Positions 12,980-26,863 of a stretch of DNA of 64,000 nt are shown here, piece after piece. The position numbers and the translations under genes are program-made. The DNA comes from Saccostrea cucullata. Taxonomy: Eukaryota. The stretch spans positions 1-64,000 of the forward strand of contig NW_026939364.1 of assembly GCF_032062105.1 (NCBI RefSeq). Reading direction: 5' to 3'. The first letter of the stretch is position 1. The number at the start of each line of letters is the position of its first letter. The notes beneath the pieces are model-generated. The model worked only from the letters and a program-made list of their open reading frames with translations, was not told the origin of the DNA and ran no database searches.

Positions 12980-13230
12980 AGACCCAGACTCCTGGAAATT
13001 TCACATATAGGGGTCAGGTATAAAAGAGGAGTAAGCATCCCTATTGGTTGTTCACAACCACCGTTAGCCCTTTGCATTGATAATGAAGACGGGACAATTT
13101 GTAGTCAAATTCAGAGTGAAATCAAAGGGCTTAGGCACAAGGATAGATCAATTGTGCTTACTAGGTCATTAAAGAGAGCATAGAATTGCCGAAATAGCAT
13201 TTTTAAAGGAGATTGTTGAATCCTTGTAAC
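12980..13230 (-). mobile_element. Highly decayed Penelope-like 3' fragment
   Basis: GGGGTCAGGT...GAGGAGTAAGCATCCC resembles the family motif at 10076-10123. Confidence 0.5.
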
Positions 13231-13600
13231 ATTGTTTTAACAGTGTTATTTTATCAGAATCAACTCCTTCGCGACTTTGAGCAAAGATACTAGCCACTGC
13301 GCCAAGCGACGTCGGAATCGAGAACCAATCTGCTTGTCTGAAATCGTCTGGACGCTACGATACACAGATGAAAGACAACAAATAATATGACGAGGATAAA
13401 TCTTACAATAATCCATTAATTCAATTATTAAAATTTGTTTCGACTTTCTTCATTTATATGAATTATTAACTCAAGTAATTTTGTAAAGTAAAGTTGATTT
13501 TCTGTTTTATAAACTGATATGGATATTGCGCCCCGCAAAGGAACAAATTTTTTTCGGCATTTAGCATATTTGATGAATAGTTTGGTACATACTTTTATTC

Positions 13601-14290
13601 ATGAAACATATGGAGATAACGAACAGTATTCAAGATCAAAAGTTCATAAAGCAAATTAGGAGCAGAGCAAATACGGACCTCCAAAACATCAGAGGTGGAA
13701 TCAGGTGCTATGGAGGAGTGAGCATCCCCTGCCGACCGGTCACTACCGACTTGTGCTTCTTGTCATGATCGAAAAATAACGAGAAAACCCGTCGTCAATT
13801 ATGTGTATAAATAATAGACTTACAATCAGTATGAAAAACGTTAGTCAGTATTTAACTCAATGATAAATTGTATTTGCTGACAAGGTCATTGTATTGACTA
13901 TAAAACTAATAAAATGATGACTTTAAACTAGACTGCTGAAATTCTTGTTTCATCAACTTGTTTAATAGTAATTTGCGCCGTTTCAGGAATTGTTCATACA
14001 TTGAGCATCCACATGCTCTTGCATATGGATGAAATGTAAGTTGACGATAGTAAAGTTAAAGTATCATAGAGCTTGATTGTTAGATTACCATCACCGTGTT
14101 CTTTCAAGAATAATATCCAAATATGAAAGAGGTGTGTCAGACTCTGTAGTATTTTTTATCTTAAACTCAGCAGGATATATTGTATCGACATAAGAATGGA
14201 AATTACCATTGTTAATTGACAATGCGTCGATATACCAGTATCTAAATGTCGAGTTGAAGGCCACAGCAAGTGTTTTTTTTTCTTTTAACG
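13601..14290 (-). mobile_element. Penelope-like (Naiad-type) 3' fragment with RT remnant
   Basis: Encodes AVAFNSTFRY..IDALSINN..SYLDI and is colinear with 9986-10706. Confidence 0.8.
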
Positions 14291-15213
14291 CATACAATTA
14301 AAGAAATAAAGAACAATGTTCAACCTCTTTGCCCTGTGAATATAATATAAAAGTTGAACATTTGAAGACTCGATCTTAACAATTATTTATGACAAAGTTT
14401 ATTCATAATGATGTCATGAATTGTGTCAATTTCCTTACAACTTTAAAATTTCTTTGAAAATTTAAAAATAAATGTTAGCATTTTTGACTATTTTGTATAG
14501 CTCACAATCCCTGATCTAAAATATTTAAATATTTTTAATGAAAGATATTTTTCAGAAGATTGTATAGCTAATTCATAATATTTTTTTTTCGATATCAGTG
14601 TGGACTCATATTTTGATCTTTAATTGAAGATGCTAAATTCCACTCTTTTTTTCAAAATTTAAGAACGCTGCAACGCTGCAATGTCACAATGCCTATATTT
14701 TTTCCAAACTTTAACTTTCAGAGGAAACCGTTTTATTTGAAATGAAAGCACAAAGTATTTATATTGATGTTCAAAGTGGGACTTGTACTTGATCAGGTAC
14801 TAGTAATTGCTATATGGACAGGGCATATCTATTGAACCTTTCTCAAATTTGACTAAAACAATAGACAGATATACAGTTTATATTGGAAAAATCACCAAGT
14901 AACAAAGTTTGTCCAGATAAAGAAAAATAAAACTGCGGTACGTATATTTCTAGTACAAGTGTATAGTTGAAGACTACGCTTCAGCATCATTTACTGTATA
15001 CCGTATATAGAACAACCTGGTTAAGGACTCTTATCAGTATGGACAGGCGCTGAAGGTAGGTTTATCTCATGTGTCTTACTGTATCTGTGGGGAATAAGCT
15101 ATATGGGTTTCAGATTTAATCTCTAAACATAAAATTTATTCAGTGAAGGAAATTAATTGTGAAATTTAAGGCTGTACTGGGAATTTAAATGTATTCTTCT
15201 TCATTTTGCTTGA

Positions 15214-15312
15214 ATGAAATATATGAAGATAACGAACAGTATTCCAGATCAAAAGTCCATAAAGCAAATCAAATTAGGAGCAGAGCAAACACGGACCTCC
15301 AAAACATCAGAT
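15214..15312 (-). mobile_element. Penelope-like terminal fragment
   Basis: Near copy of 13601-13692. Confidence 0.6.
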
Positions 15313-15485
15313 ACCATATATCTTTTTGACTTCTAATGAAGTAAATTTAACGTATTAAATTCATTTGTATCTTTTTAGGGAAAAAAACAGAACGAAAATT
15401 TTAAAAAAAAAATCGAGATAAATTATTTACATATAATCAAATTTAATTAAATGTATTAGACATGATAGAAATTTGGACTGAGATT

Positions 15486-15546
15486 GTTTTGTTTGCTTGT
15501 TGTTTAACATCCCTCTAGAGAACTCTTCAATCATGTGGAGACGCCA
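15486..15546 (-). mobile_element. Probable SINE 3' tail fragment
   Basis: Minus strand ends ...GGGATGTTAAACAACAAGCAAACAAAA, a (CAAA)n-type tail; family recognised from memory only. Confidence 0.45.
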
Positions 15547-15553
15547 AAAAAAT

Positions 15554-15791
15554 CCCACAATTTCTCTATAAGCAGCATTCCAGTCAGAACGCTGAAATTT
15601 CCTTAGGTAATCGCAACGGACGTGCATAGAGAAGGATTTACTTATTATGATAATGTCCGAAAGACTTTTGACCTGACGTAATAAGCACTTTTAGGTGTCA
15701 TCATAATGTGTAATAAGCACTTCCGTTGCGTTTACCTAGTAAGGAAATTTCAACGAACTGACTAGAATGCTGCTTATAGAGAAATTGTGGG
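15554..15791. mobile_element. 238-bp MITE with ~75-bp TIRs
   Basis: CCCACAATTTCTCTATAAGCAGCATTC...GAATGCTGCTTATAGAGAAATTGTGGG, flanked by AT on both sides. Confidence 0.85.
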
Positions 15792-17819
15792 ATTCTTACG
15801 AGATGCAGAGTCAACCCGATAGCATGGACAAGACAGAAATATATGTACAGACAGTGTGAATCGATATTTTAGGTTGAAATAAAATAAAGAAATGCTTTTA
15901 TACACAGAAAGACCAGTGGGGGTACAACATAAACAAACCGGAGTGGCATACCTTTCTCCCTTATAATGTATTGTGGAGTATTGTTTTGTGAAGCGATTAT
16001 TTTGGGGTTTTGACGATTTTTTCCCATTGTAAAAAATTATAAATAAGTGTAATAAATATAATTTGTGAAAAGATGTCAAGAACGCCCCGGGGTTGAATAT
16101 GGGGAGGGGGTCCTGGCCACATGAACCTGTGGTTGACTTGCAATGAAGTTAATACTTGGCATTTATTTTCACTTCTTCCTCATGTTTCATAAGATCTGTC
16201 ACGTTCTTTTACATACTTTTGACTGTCATATTTTTAAAACAAAGTATACTTCTTTACATTGATTCAAGTCGTTGTTTTCAATTTTTTTGTAAATTTCAGA
16301 TGCAGGTGAACTTTGAGTAAGCACCACAGAGAATTATTAAGACATCATACGTGTGTGGCGTAATGTACTTTGAACAATATTGACGTCTGAGCATTTCTTC
16401 ATCTAATTTCTGGATAGAAAATGAAGAACTCATGGGTTTGCCTCTTTTCCATTGTGACATTAGCTTTAACTAAAGACAAAGAAATCTTTGCATTCAAACA
16501 TTCGACTATGTTATCAAACATCTTTCCTGTCACAAAACCAACTGATAAAAAACAGGTAAATTAAAAACGTTAAAGGACGTTAACAATATTATATAACAGG
16601 ATTAACTAATGATTTTTTTTCCGGCAAAATAAAGCCAAAACTCTACCTTCTTCATTATCATTGATAGAAATTACATTTCAAAAGAAAATTAAAAATTGTT
16701 TTTAAACTCTTTTTATAAAGACATGAGAGGGAGAGAGACTAATAAAAAAGTATTTTAAAATGAAAAAATAATTTGCAAATAAAAAACAGATTAAACTTAT
16801 TAGAAGTTTTTAATATCTTATCTTAATCTAAAGACAGATCATACAAAAATCCTTTTCATCAAAAATAGTGAAATAACCTAAGAAACGTAAATAAATAAAA
16901 TAAATAATTGTTACCGCAAAGATCATTTTTATTTCACAATTTGCATATTTATTCAGTGACAGTAAATTGCATTGATTAGTTAGAATGGTCGCATTTAATT
17001 AACAATTAGCAATCCAAGCATCCATATTTTAAAGCCATCTATCTGTAATTATGAAATATGATAAACAGTCGTTGTTGCATATCTAAAAGAAAAAGTCTAT
17101 GTTTTAACAATTTTAAAATTACAAAGGTTGCAACTTACGTTTATAAGGTTAACTTTATTAATTAGCCTTCATAATTGCAATTGATAGCAGCTTTATTCTA
17201 TATCCATTTTTTCTCAATTAGTAAGAATCAAATATATTGAAATCATACAGCTTGTTTAGTTTTTCCTGTTCGAAAACAAAGCATAGTAACCCTAACTGTA
17301 TTAGCTATAGACAACTAGAAAGGATACTAATATACATTTTAATCTTTCTTATCTTATGATATCTTATCTTATAATATCTTTGAAGCAAATTTGATAACAA
17401 TAAAGAATACAGGAAATGAAAACAGTCGAATGACCATTCGGTAACAGGTAATATTGAAAGCCAACATTGTATATATTATCAAAGAGGCTAACATAGAGCC
17501 TGGACGATGGTTTTTAGGGTAATATCGCTAGTTCTGACGTCATAATACATTGACTATCGAGAAAAAGTTTATGCTTTCATGAATATTTTTAAAAAAATAT
17601 CTGGTTGCCCTTTCCGAACCGACTGACTATAATAGCACGAGTCAAAACTTCTTTCCCAAGATTCCAGAACAAATTCCTTTTTCTTCCTCTTATCCCGTAA
17701 ACAAATACATGTATGTTGACATTTCCTGGAAAAAAAAAAGATTAACCAACCTACATGCCGACCAAATAATTTTACCTTTAGTCGGGAGAGGGCAAGCAAA
17801 TATTTTTGTCATCATTTTG

Positions 17820-18056
17820 TACATGTAAGTTCTTTGGTCGATACAGTGATCTTGTCATAAAAAACAATTCATTTCCCCGATCATGACAAGGAGGACACTG
17901 CGGGTGTGACCGGTCGACAGGGGATGTTCACTCCTCCATGGCACCTGATCCCACCTTGGATGTTCTGGAGGTCCGTGTTTGCTCTGTTCCTATTCTCTAT
18001 CTTGTTTATTGGACTTTTAAGCTTGAATACTGCTTGTCATCGCCATATTTTTCATC
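17820..18056 (+). mobile_element. Penelope-like 3' fragment
   Basis: Contains the family motif GGGTGTGACCGGTCGACAGGGGATGTTCACTCCTCCATGGCACCTGATCCCACC and terminus CCATATTTTTCAT. Confidence 0.75.
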
Positions 18057-18614
18057 ATAAAGATGACCTATCTAAAGCAATTCGGAAGTCTTTCTTTTAT
18101 GAAACATATGGAGATAATGAACAGTATTATGTGATGCATCTCATTTTCTCTCGAGCCATAACTTATATATAAGAAACAATAGCAGGGATGTCAAAATTGT
18201 TTATAATTCATATCTGAATATTCGATATAAGTATTCGAATACAGTAAAATCACATATTTCCATTGGGGTCTAATTTCAGAAGTTTTAGGAAAAAATGTTG
18301 ATTTGTGAGGTTTTGATTTCATTGTTGGTGAAGTATTGAGTGGTATTGCATATAAAACTTTACATTTCGGGGTGGTCATACATTTTGAGTCTCTCCATAG
18401 CTGAAAAACAACGAAAATAAGTGAAACAAGAGAACCGTCTACTCAACTGTCTGTACTAAGGACTGTGCTTAGCATAGCATACTCAAAATATATCTGGCTA
18501 TTCAATGTTATTTTTGCGCGCATTTCAAAAGTATTCGTTAGTGCACCTCAAACATTGATACATGCAACATTTGAAAAATGTGAATGTTTACAATATGATC
18601 GAATTTGAATATAA

Positions 18615-18740
18615 TTAGAAATGTTTTATGTTTAGTTGGCCCTTCTTGTCCAACGTTAGTAAAATATCCAAATATGAAAGAATTGTGGCAAACTCAGCGG
18701 TATATTCTATGTCCAGTTTGCTATGATATACCGTATGGAC
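18615..18740 (-). mobile_element. Penelope-like RT remnant
   Basis: Translates ...LSYLDILLTLDKKGQLNIK, similar to 10401-10706. Confidence 0.55.
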
Positions 18741-19559
18741 AAATACAGTCTGAGAAATTCCAGCACTATTAGCAGACGGCCAGGTAAGGAATTTCATCTT
18801 ACAGAATTCTTTGATATTTATATTTAGAAAAAGATGATGAGTAGACATTCTATGTTTATTTTTGATTCCGGTAGTAATAAAAAGGAAATTAAAATGTACA
18901 TATACAAAATAAAGCAACAATTTTCTACGCATTTCTCTTGGACATCTGCCAGAATAATAATAGAAATAGTTTCAAAGTAAACTCCTTAATTTGAAAAACA
19001 CATGGTTTACCTGTATCTTAGTATATCTTGTGATTTCTCTCGTAATTAATTGTTGATAATTCCTTTTTTGTCTGCCTATATCTTTTAGTATGAATTATTT
19101 ACACCTTCTCTTAAGTAAACAAAATTTATAATTTTTCTGTCCAAAAAACGACGATTCACGACGGTTTTGTAACATTTTGCCATTAGTGAGTTTCCTCTTT
19201 TTCTGCTTAGTCATCGACATTTAATTCTACAGATAATTCTCCAAGTAATTGTAATCATAAGTAGTCCTATCCTGTTTCTTGCTACAAGTACAATGTTTGT
19301 GAATAAAGAGATAATCTTCAGAGAGTGTGAAGTGCCATTTCAGTGGAAAGTGATTCAACGAAAATATTTTGCATCAGTAAACCCTGACTGTTCTTACTCG
19401 GTTTTCACTTGCAAAATTAAGTCTGAACTATTTTCTTAAACAAGTCTTCCATTAAAAAAAATTAATAATCGTAGGGAAAAATGCATATTAATAAGGTCTA
19501 CCCATTCATTACATAAAGAATAGCTATTTTAGTTCTAGTAAACACTGAATAACGTATTA

Positions 19560-19767
19560 CTGTGAAATCACAAATTTTCGTGGGGATTTAATTTTCGTTG
19601 TTCTCGAGGTATGACTAGACTCACGAATTCATGTTTACCACTAAATGTAAAATATTACATGCATAAGTACTCATTAATTCTTGATCCACGAAATCAAAAC
19701 CCCACAAACCAAAAGATTTTCATCAAATCACGAAAATTTGATCCCACGAAAATATGTGATTTTACAG
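19560..19767. mobile_element. Tc1/mariner/pogo-type MITE
   Basis: TIR CTGTGAAATCACAAATTTTCGTGGG / CCCACGAAAATATGTGATTTTACAG with TA flanks; about 350 bp upstream of the second TLR. Confidence 0.85.
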
Positions 19768-20119
19768 TATTGACATGACTGAAAGAGAAACAATTACAGC
19801 AAACATTTTTTTTTTATCTCTAATATATGAGTAATATGTAATTGTCCTCAGCGTTTTTTCTACGAATCACATTTTAATTTTACACATATCTCAATCAAAT
19901 ATAAATCCTTTGTGATAAAATTATGAAAATGAAATCCAATTAAAACTTTCACAAATTGAAGTGTTCGTACTACTTGTACAACATTACATAATTTAAGCTT
20001 CCTTGTTGATTTTTTTTTCCTCCATATAAACATCTTTTACGCTTAAGTTACAGAATTATAGTAATATATCACTTAGTATATACTCTTAAAACACAGAGAA
20101 GATACGGCGTTTTCTTACT

Positions 20120-22692
20120 ATGAATAACAGAGTACAAAATCTTATATGGTTTTCCGTGACTATATCAATAGCCGTTTTGCAAATGGTTGTAGGGAAGACT
20201 ATTTCTTGTCGGTTTAGTAGTATTGAGTGTGATTGTTTTTCGTACGAGAATGGAATTCGTGTGGATTGCTCTCAACGGAATCTTACTGCAATACCAGTTA
20301 TGAATGACAGCATCACTTGGTTAGACCTCAGTAAAAACAAGATCAGGACTATCGAGTCAAAGAGTTTAAAACTTCCAGAAAAGATGATATCTCTCGACCT
20401 ATCTGATAATAACTTAACGACTGTTGATGGAAATCCGTTCGAACATTTAGCAAGACTTCGGTTTCTGAACCTAGAGGGAAATCGGTTAAAATATTCAAAT
20501 TTCGAGAACCTTTTTAAAGGACTGTCGGCGTTACAAGTACTGAACATAAAAGGAAACAGTGGCAATCAATATAACATGGCCTTTCCAGGAGATGGTTTTG
20601 CAAATTTATCCTGTCTTTCAATAATAAAAATGAATGGGATAGCAAGTACAAAATTTGGAAACAGTTTCTTGCGTTTAAGGAATTTTAAAGTTTTAGATAT
20701 GTCGGGGAATGTAGGAAATTGTAATCTCGATTCTATTGATTTGCAAATGTTTAAAAATGTTCCATTCCTTGAGGTTTTGGATATATCCTACTGCAATGTA
20801 AAGGATATTGATAAGGGAGCATTCAGCAACATGCCAAAATTACAACATCTTAATATTTCGTACAATCGCCAGTTAGGATTTGCGTCCCTGCCTAATGTAA
20901 CATATAATTTGAGCAAAACTATGATAAAATCTCTAAACATTAATGGAATTAATTGTGGAGCTGGAGTTGGAACAGAAATAAAATGTCATCATCTTCTTTC
21001 TCTCAAAAACACTAACCTTACCGAATTAAATGTTGCCAGTAACCGATTGGAAAATTTTGCTCGTGGAGTTTTACGAAATCTTCCAAAAACCTTAGGGATA
21101 TTATCGGTGGCCGAAAACAAATTGACAACAGGTCAATATTATCTAGAATTTAGCACGCTTGAGAATTTGCGAGTATATAATGTGAGCTTTCAGAAGTATC
21201 CACCAAGGGCGTCCTTTGATGGTATTGGAAATGATTGTAAAGAAAAGACTGAGTTGTGTAATGATGTTGTTTCCAGTTGCCAAGAAGTAACAAATCACCA
21301 AACTCCTAAAGACATCTACACTAGTACGAACGTGACTGTTATATTTCCAAAAAATCTGGAAGAAATATACGCATACTCTAGTAGACTTTATTGGCAGATT
21401 AATAAAAAGTTTATCTCTGCACCGAGTCTTCGCATTATAAATTTACGGAATAATTTCGTGTACTATTTGGAAGGTCCTCTTTATTTTCAACATACGAATA
21501 CCGAAATAACATTGGACATTTCCAACAATTTTATCTCCCACTTTTCCCCATACATACTTAATGATGGAGGACAAGTCCTGAATTTAAATGTATCTCACAA
21601 TGACATTGGCAAAGATCTGGAGAAAGATGTATTGGGTGAAACGTTCAAGTCTTTTTTATCCCTTGAGAACTTAGACATTTCGTTCTGTAGAATTTCCAAA
21701 CTTCCAAACTTACTGCTGAAAAATTCTTCGAGGTTGAAATATTTAAATATTAGTGACAACCAGATATCAAGATGGAATTTAAAAATTGATCATATGACAA
21801 ATTTATTATTGATGGACCTATCAGATAATCGGATAAGATCTTTTGATGAAAAAACCCGCGAACATTTGGAGAATGCCTTTCAAAGATCTAAGTTAATCGT
21901 AGATCTTTCCGGTAATCTATTAGGATGTTCCTGTGATAATGAAAAATTTCTTAATTGGTTAAGGATCAATAGAGCTAATTTTGTATATATTCAGCAATAT
22001 CAGTGCTCGCCAGAAAAACTGAAATTTTCATTTGAAAATCTGGATCGGTCCATTTCTATTTTAGAGAAGAACTGTAGATCATTTTTGACTTGGTATATAG
22101 CAGGCTCTGTTTCACTTGCTGTATGTATAAGCTTGTTAACAGGAGTTTTGTTGGTTAGGAACAGGTGGAAGATTCGTTATATTATTTACAAAACTAAATT
22201 AAAATTCCGAGTTGGGAACAAACATAATGTTTATAATTCTACAGATTTAAACTATGAATATGATGTCTTTCTGTCTTATGCTGGTATAGAGAGAACATTT
22301 GTACGGAGAGATGTCATACCCTGGCTTGAAACCAACGCTGGATTACGACTTCTTGTAAGAGACAGGGATTATCTCCCAGGCTTGTCCAAAGTGGATTCTA
22401 TTATGACTGGAATTCATGAAAGTAAAAAGGTTCTTTGTATTGTTTCCAAAAGATATTTAAAATCAAAATGGCGTGACTATGAGCTCAACATGGCTAAAGT
22501 GGAGGAAATCAAGGATCGTGGAAACACAGAATATTTGTTATTTTGATCTTGCTACCGGAAGTATACAACAGTGGATATCCCAATAAAGTTAGGAGCCTTG
22601 TGAAGAAAGACTGTTTTATTGAATATCCCGAAGAATCCTGTGCTTTTGATGACTTTTGGGAGAAACTGATCAAAATGTTAAGGAATGATTAA
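20120..22692 (+). pseudogene. Toll-like receptor with a frameshift in the TIR domain (pseudogene, null allele or assembly error)
   Basis: 808-aa ORF to 22546 with signal, LRRs, NLLGCSC, TM, YEYDVFLSY and RDYLPG. The missing TIR end VILILLPEVY...FIEYPEE...FWEKLIKMLRND* continues in another frame to TAA at 22690-22692. Confidence 0.9.
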
Positions 22693-24426
22693 TTAAAAGA
22701 TTCCCAATGGAATATATTATTTCAAAACACATTTTATTGCCATCACAACAAAAGATCCCAATGGCAATTTTTGTAGAACAGAGTGATAACGTCATAACAT
22801 AATTTACGTTTTTACACGTCCAGCTTTTATATTGGTTCTTTTATTTCATTTATTTATACTTAATTCTGACTTTTCAAGTTGACTCTTCTAGTCCACTGTT
22901 AATTTAAATGTAGACCTATTTAGAATTTGAGACCCCGTTTCATTGCTACATCTAGCTATTTCGCTATATATACGTCTCTAATTGATTTATTTCCTACACG
23001 TAATGTTAATCGAAGCATAGACATTTTAGTGTTTTTTCAAAATATCGAATACGGATGAATAAATGTAATTTTGATATACTAATACGAGACAACGTGAAAG
23101 TTAGGTGTAAGACACGAGGATTTTATCAAAATCTTGGAAAGGAAATCGTTTTTCTGTATGAGATCCGCTCCAGCATTCTCAACATTTACATCAATCACGT
23201 AAACATTGAAACATCGGTGCATCTTACATAATGTTTTGTACCGAAATGCTTTAATGCTAAAAAATGAATCCTAAAACATCTCTTCCAATAGAGAAGAAAA
23301 ATAATTCTTAAAAGTTTCTCAAATCTGGCAAAATAATGAACAAATGACAGAGGCGAAATTATTTTCAGAACTATAAATAAAATGATGCTCATAGATTAAA
23401 TGAAATAAGATAAAAAAAAAAATGTTTAACCTAGCTTATTTTTGTTGTTGTTCCTTCCTCGTTAATATTTCAGTGTTAACAAGCAAAAAATTATGAACTA
23501 AAATTGTTCTAAATTAATTTTCACAGCAACAGAATATCGTATAACAAAAAGTTATCTCTATTGTTTTAGGTATATCTATTTATTTTCAGGAACCTTTAAA
23601 AAAGTTCAAAAGTTTTAATTTCATCTACAGATTTACGTGGACCACTTCCATGTAAGTCAAAACATGTTATCCGAGTCATGTATAGTACCTGCATTACGGT
23701 GTTGAGAAAAGAATGTATATATAAGGTGTTTATGGGTTGTATTTACCTTGTTCAATTTATTTATTTCTAAGTAGCATTAGATTTAAATTATTGCCTTTGT
23801 TTACAATAACAATTATGAATTATTAATGTTTTCTAAAACCTAAAAACTCACTTAGACACACACACACACACACACATTTTCAGAAGAATACTTGAATATT
23901 TAATGCCCTTCATTTATGTACATTAAATATTTACAGACGATGAATAAATGAAAACAAAAAAAAAAAGTCAAGGGCCCCACAGAACAATTCAATAACATGA
24001 TTATCACATACAAAAAACAAATCTGTCCTAGGGCCAGTACACACAGTAAGTCTGGGATCTGGATTAAAGTATTTATTAAATGATGATACTTAGGCAGCAT
24101 AGTAATATTCTGTAGCACTGTAACAAGAATGGTGAATCAACCAACTATCAATGAAAATAGATAAGTTCACAGGCTGTTACTCTGAAAGCAGTTTTCACTG
24201 GTGTTCTGAGATAATTCATTGACTCTTTTTGTTTTAGTTCTCTAAGTACCATGATATCATAATTTATACAAATATTTTGCAGTTGTCTGAGTCGTGTAGA
24301 AAAGAGAAAGGAGTTTTTGACATACATTGTGTATGACAATGCTTGAATATGTAATATACACTTTAATATGACACTCTTATATATTATACAGAATCATATC
24401 ATGAGGAAAATAATAATTAAAAACAT

Positions 24427-24460
<34 letters not shown>

Positions 24461-25142
24461 TGTTATTAGTCAGCTGTAAAGTGTATTACATAAGATTTTT
24501 GTAAAATAAAACGAGTTTTATACTTACCTGTCTTAATACATGTCTTATCGTGTGTACTGGCGAAGAGTAACCCCTTCAACAATACAAAAACAAAATAAAA
24601 ACAACGTTACCCATTACAGGTTATCTTCACAGGACATGAAAGCTGAGAGCATGAGAAAAGGTCTTCATTTATTGATAAATTGTTTTTCACTGAGGGGAAA
24701 GTTTGAGAAAGAGAAAAGAAATGCATTGCATGTTAGAAATTCATTATGATAGCATTCATTATTTCTACTGGAAAATGTGCAAGGATGATATGGGATATGT
24801 ATATATTATGTTATGAAATAAATAGATATATGAATCCTAGGAACTAGTGTTTCACACGTTAGCCTATAAAAATGTCATCTCGCTTAACATTTTGTTTTTT
24901 TATGTGTATGCATGTTTCTCACATGGATGAGGATCAAGATTCATCACATTATTAAACCATGCTGGTTTTCAAAAATATATATGTTTTTGTTTCTTTTGAA
25001 AACAAAAAAAACCCATGTCATTGTTGTTGTACCATGTGTTGGATTTGGATGCAAATATAATAAAGTGAAGAAAAATCAAAAAGAAAAACAGGCAACTGTG
25101 AATTAATATAATTTTTATATTGTTAAAAGGGTTAAATGTTAA

Positions 25143-25913
25143 AGGTACTTGGACACAGATTTGAAGGTAATTTTTTCATCTATAATATTACGACTTATAT
25201 ATTTTAATAGCATTTCACACAAAAATTAATTAAAAATCTTATTTCATTTATAAGTTATTAAAATTTTTATTTTTTTTTTATGTGTCCTTGCACTTTCACA
25301 AATTTTAACTTTATTCTTAATCCTTAGGAAAAATGACAATTTCTTGTGTATTAATGAAAAATATTAATACTATAATCCAGAAAATTAAGAGTAGACATGT
25401 TCGAAAGCAAAACAAACACACAATGTATTGTCAGTCCGTGCAGTTGTTGAGCAGACTTTGGCAATTAAACGCACCCGGTGAATCGTAAACACCAAACAAT
25501 AACTTCAAAAGCAAATGCTCATAGGGGTTTAACCACCGAACGTAGACGCTCTTGCCTTGTTTACAAAAACTGTGTACATAACACGAGTGTGTTCGATTTG
25601 CTAAACTCTGTACACAACGGAATGACGATACTTGTGAAGGAGTTTTGCTTTCTAACATTTCTACTCTGAATAAAATTATTTTTCTGGATTTGTTTTAATA
25701 TATAATAAAGATTGCCATTTTTCCTAAGGATAAAGAATAAAGTTAAAAATTGTGAAAGTGCAAGGATGTGTCAATCAAACCGGCCAAAAAATTTAAAGTT
25801 TTAATATCTTTTTAATATAAAATTTTTTTAATTTTTGTGTGAAATGGTATTAAAATATATAATTCGTGATATTATACAGAAAAAATTAACTTCAAATCTG
25901 TGTCCAAGTACCT
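25143..25913. mobile_element. Kolobok-like non-autonomous element
   Basis: TIR AGGTACTTGGACACAGATTTGAAG with TTAA flanks; the empty site is present in the next unit at about 36270. Confidence 0.85.
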
Positions 25914-26465
25914 TTAAGGGAAAATCAGCATCTAATCACTTCAAGGAATATGGAGCCTATGACAAGAAGGATAACTCTTGCTTCCTTGTCAGAGTGGAAT
26001 TGACCAGAAGAGTTGTATGCACACTACTTGGGCTCTTGAATTTTTTTTTGTTTTTATTTTATTTTTATAAAGTTTCGTTGATCAACAAGTATTACAAAGC
26101 TGTAACGATAGCTAACCCCTACATGTCGTTTAATTTGCCGTGTGTACTCGATGTGTCTTTGGAGATTATCAATTGGATTTTAACAATGAGGGGGGGGGGG
26201 TCTCTCTCAACCTGGGCCCCTCTTTGAAGATCAGAAATGAGACATTGGCATAAAATGTTAAATAAATTATAATCGGATTATAAGAACATAAAACAATAAC
26301 TACTGTTTTGTTTTCCTGTGAACAAGTTACTGCAGGAATAGTAACCCAACTATGTTACGCCTAATTCCAGTAACATACGGTATATTTCTTGACAATTAAT
26401 AATTTTACATAGAACTAACTGCCCAGCTATTAACACACACGTTTCTTTTTTACACGTCTGTTTAG

Positions 26466-26506
26466 AGGCATCTTTTCTAAGAATTTGGGTGGCCGTGAAA
26501 ACGGCC
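26466..26506 (-). promoter_or_regulatory. H4 3' stem-loop (variant) plus HDE
   Basis: GGCCGT TTTC ACGGCC ACCCA ... GAAAAGATGCCT. Confidence 0.9.
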
Positions 26507-26548
26507 GTTTGTTGTTGCTTCTTCAAAAGCAAATGTTCATAGGGGTAT

Positions 26549-26863
<315 letters not shown>

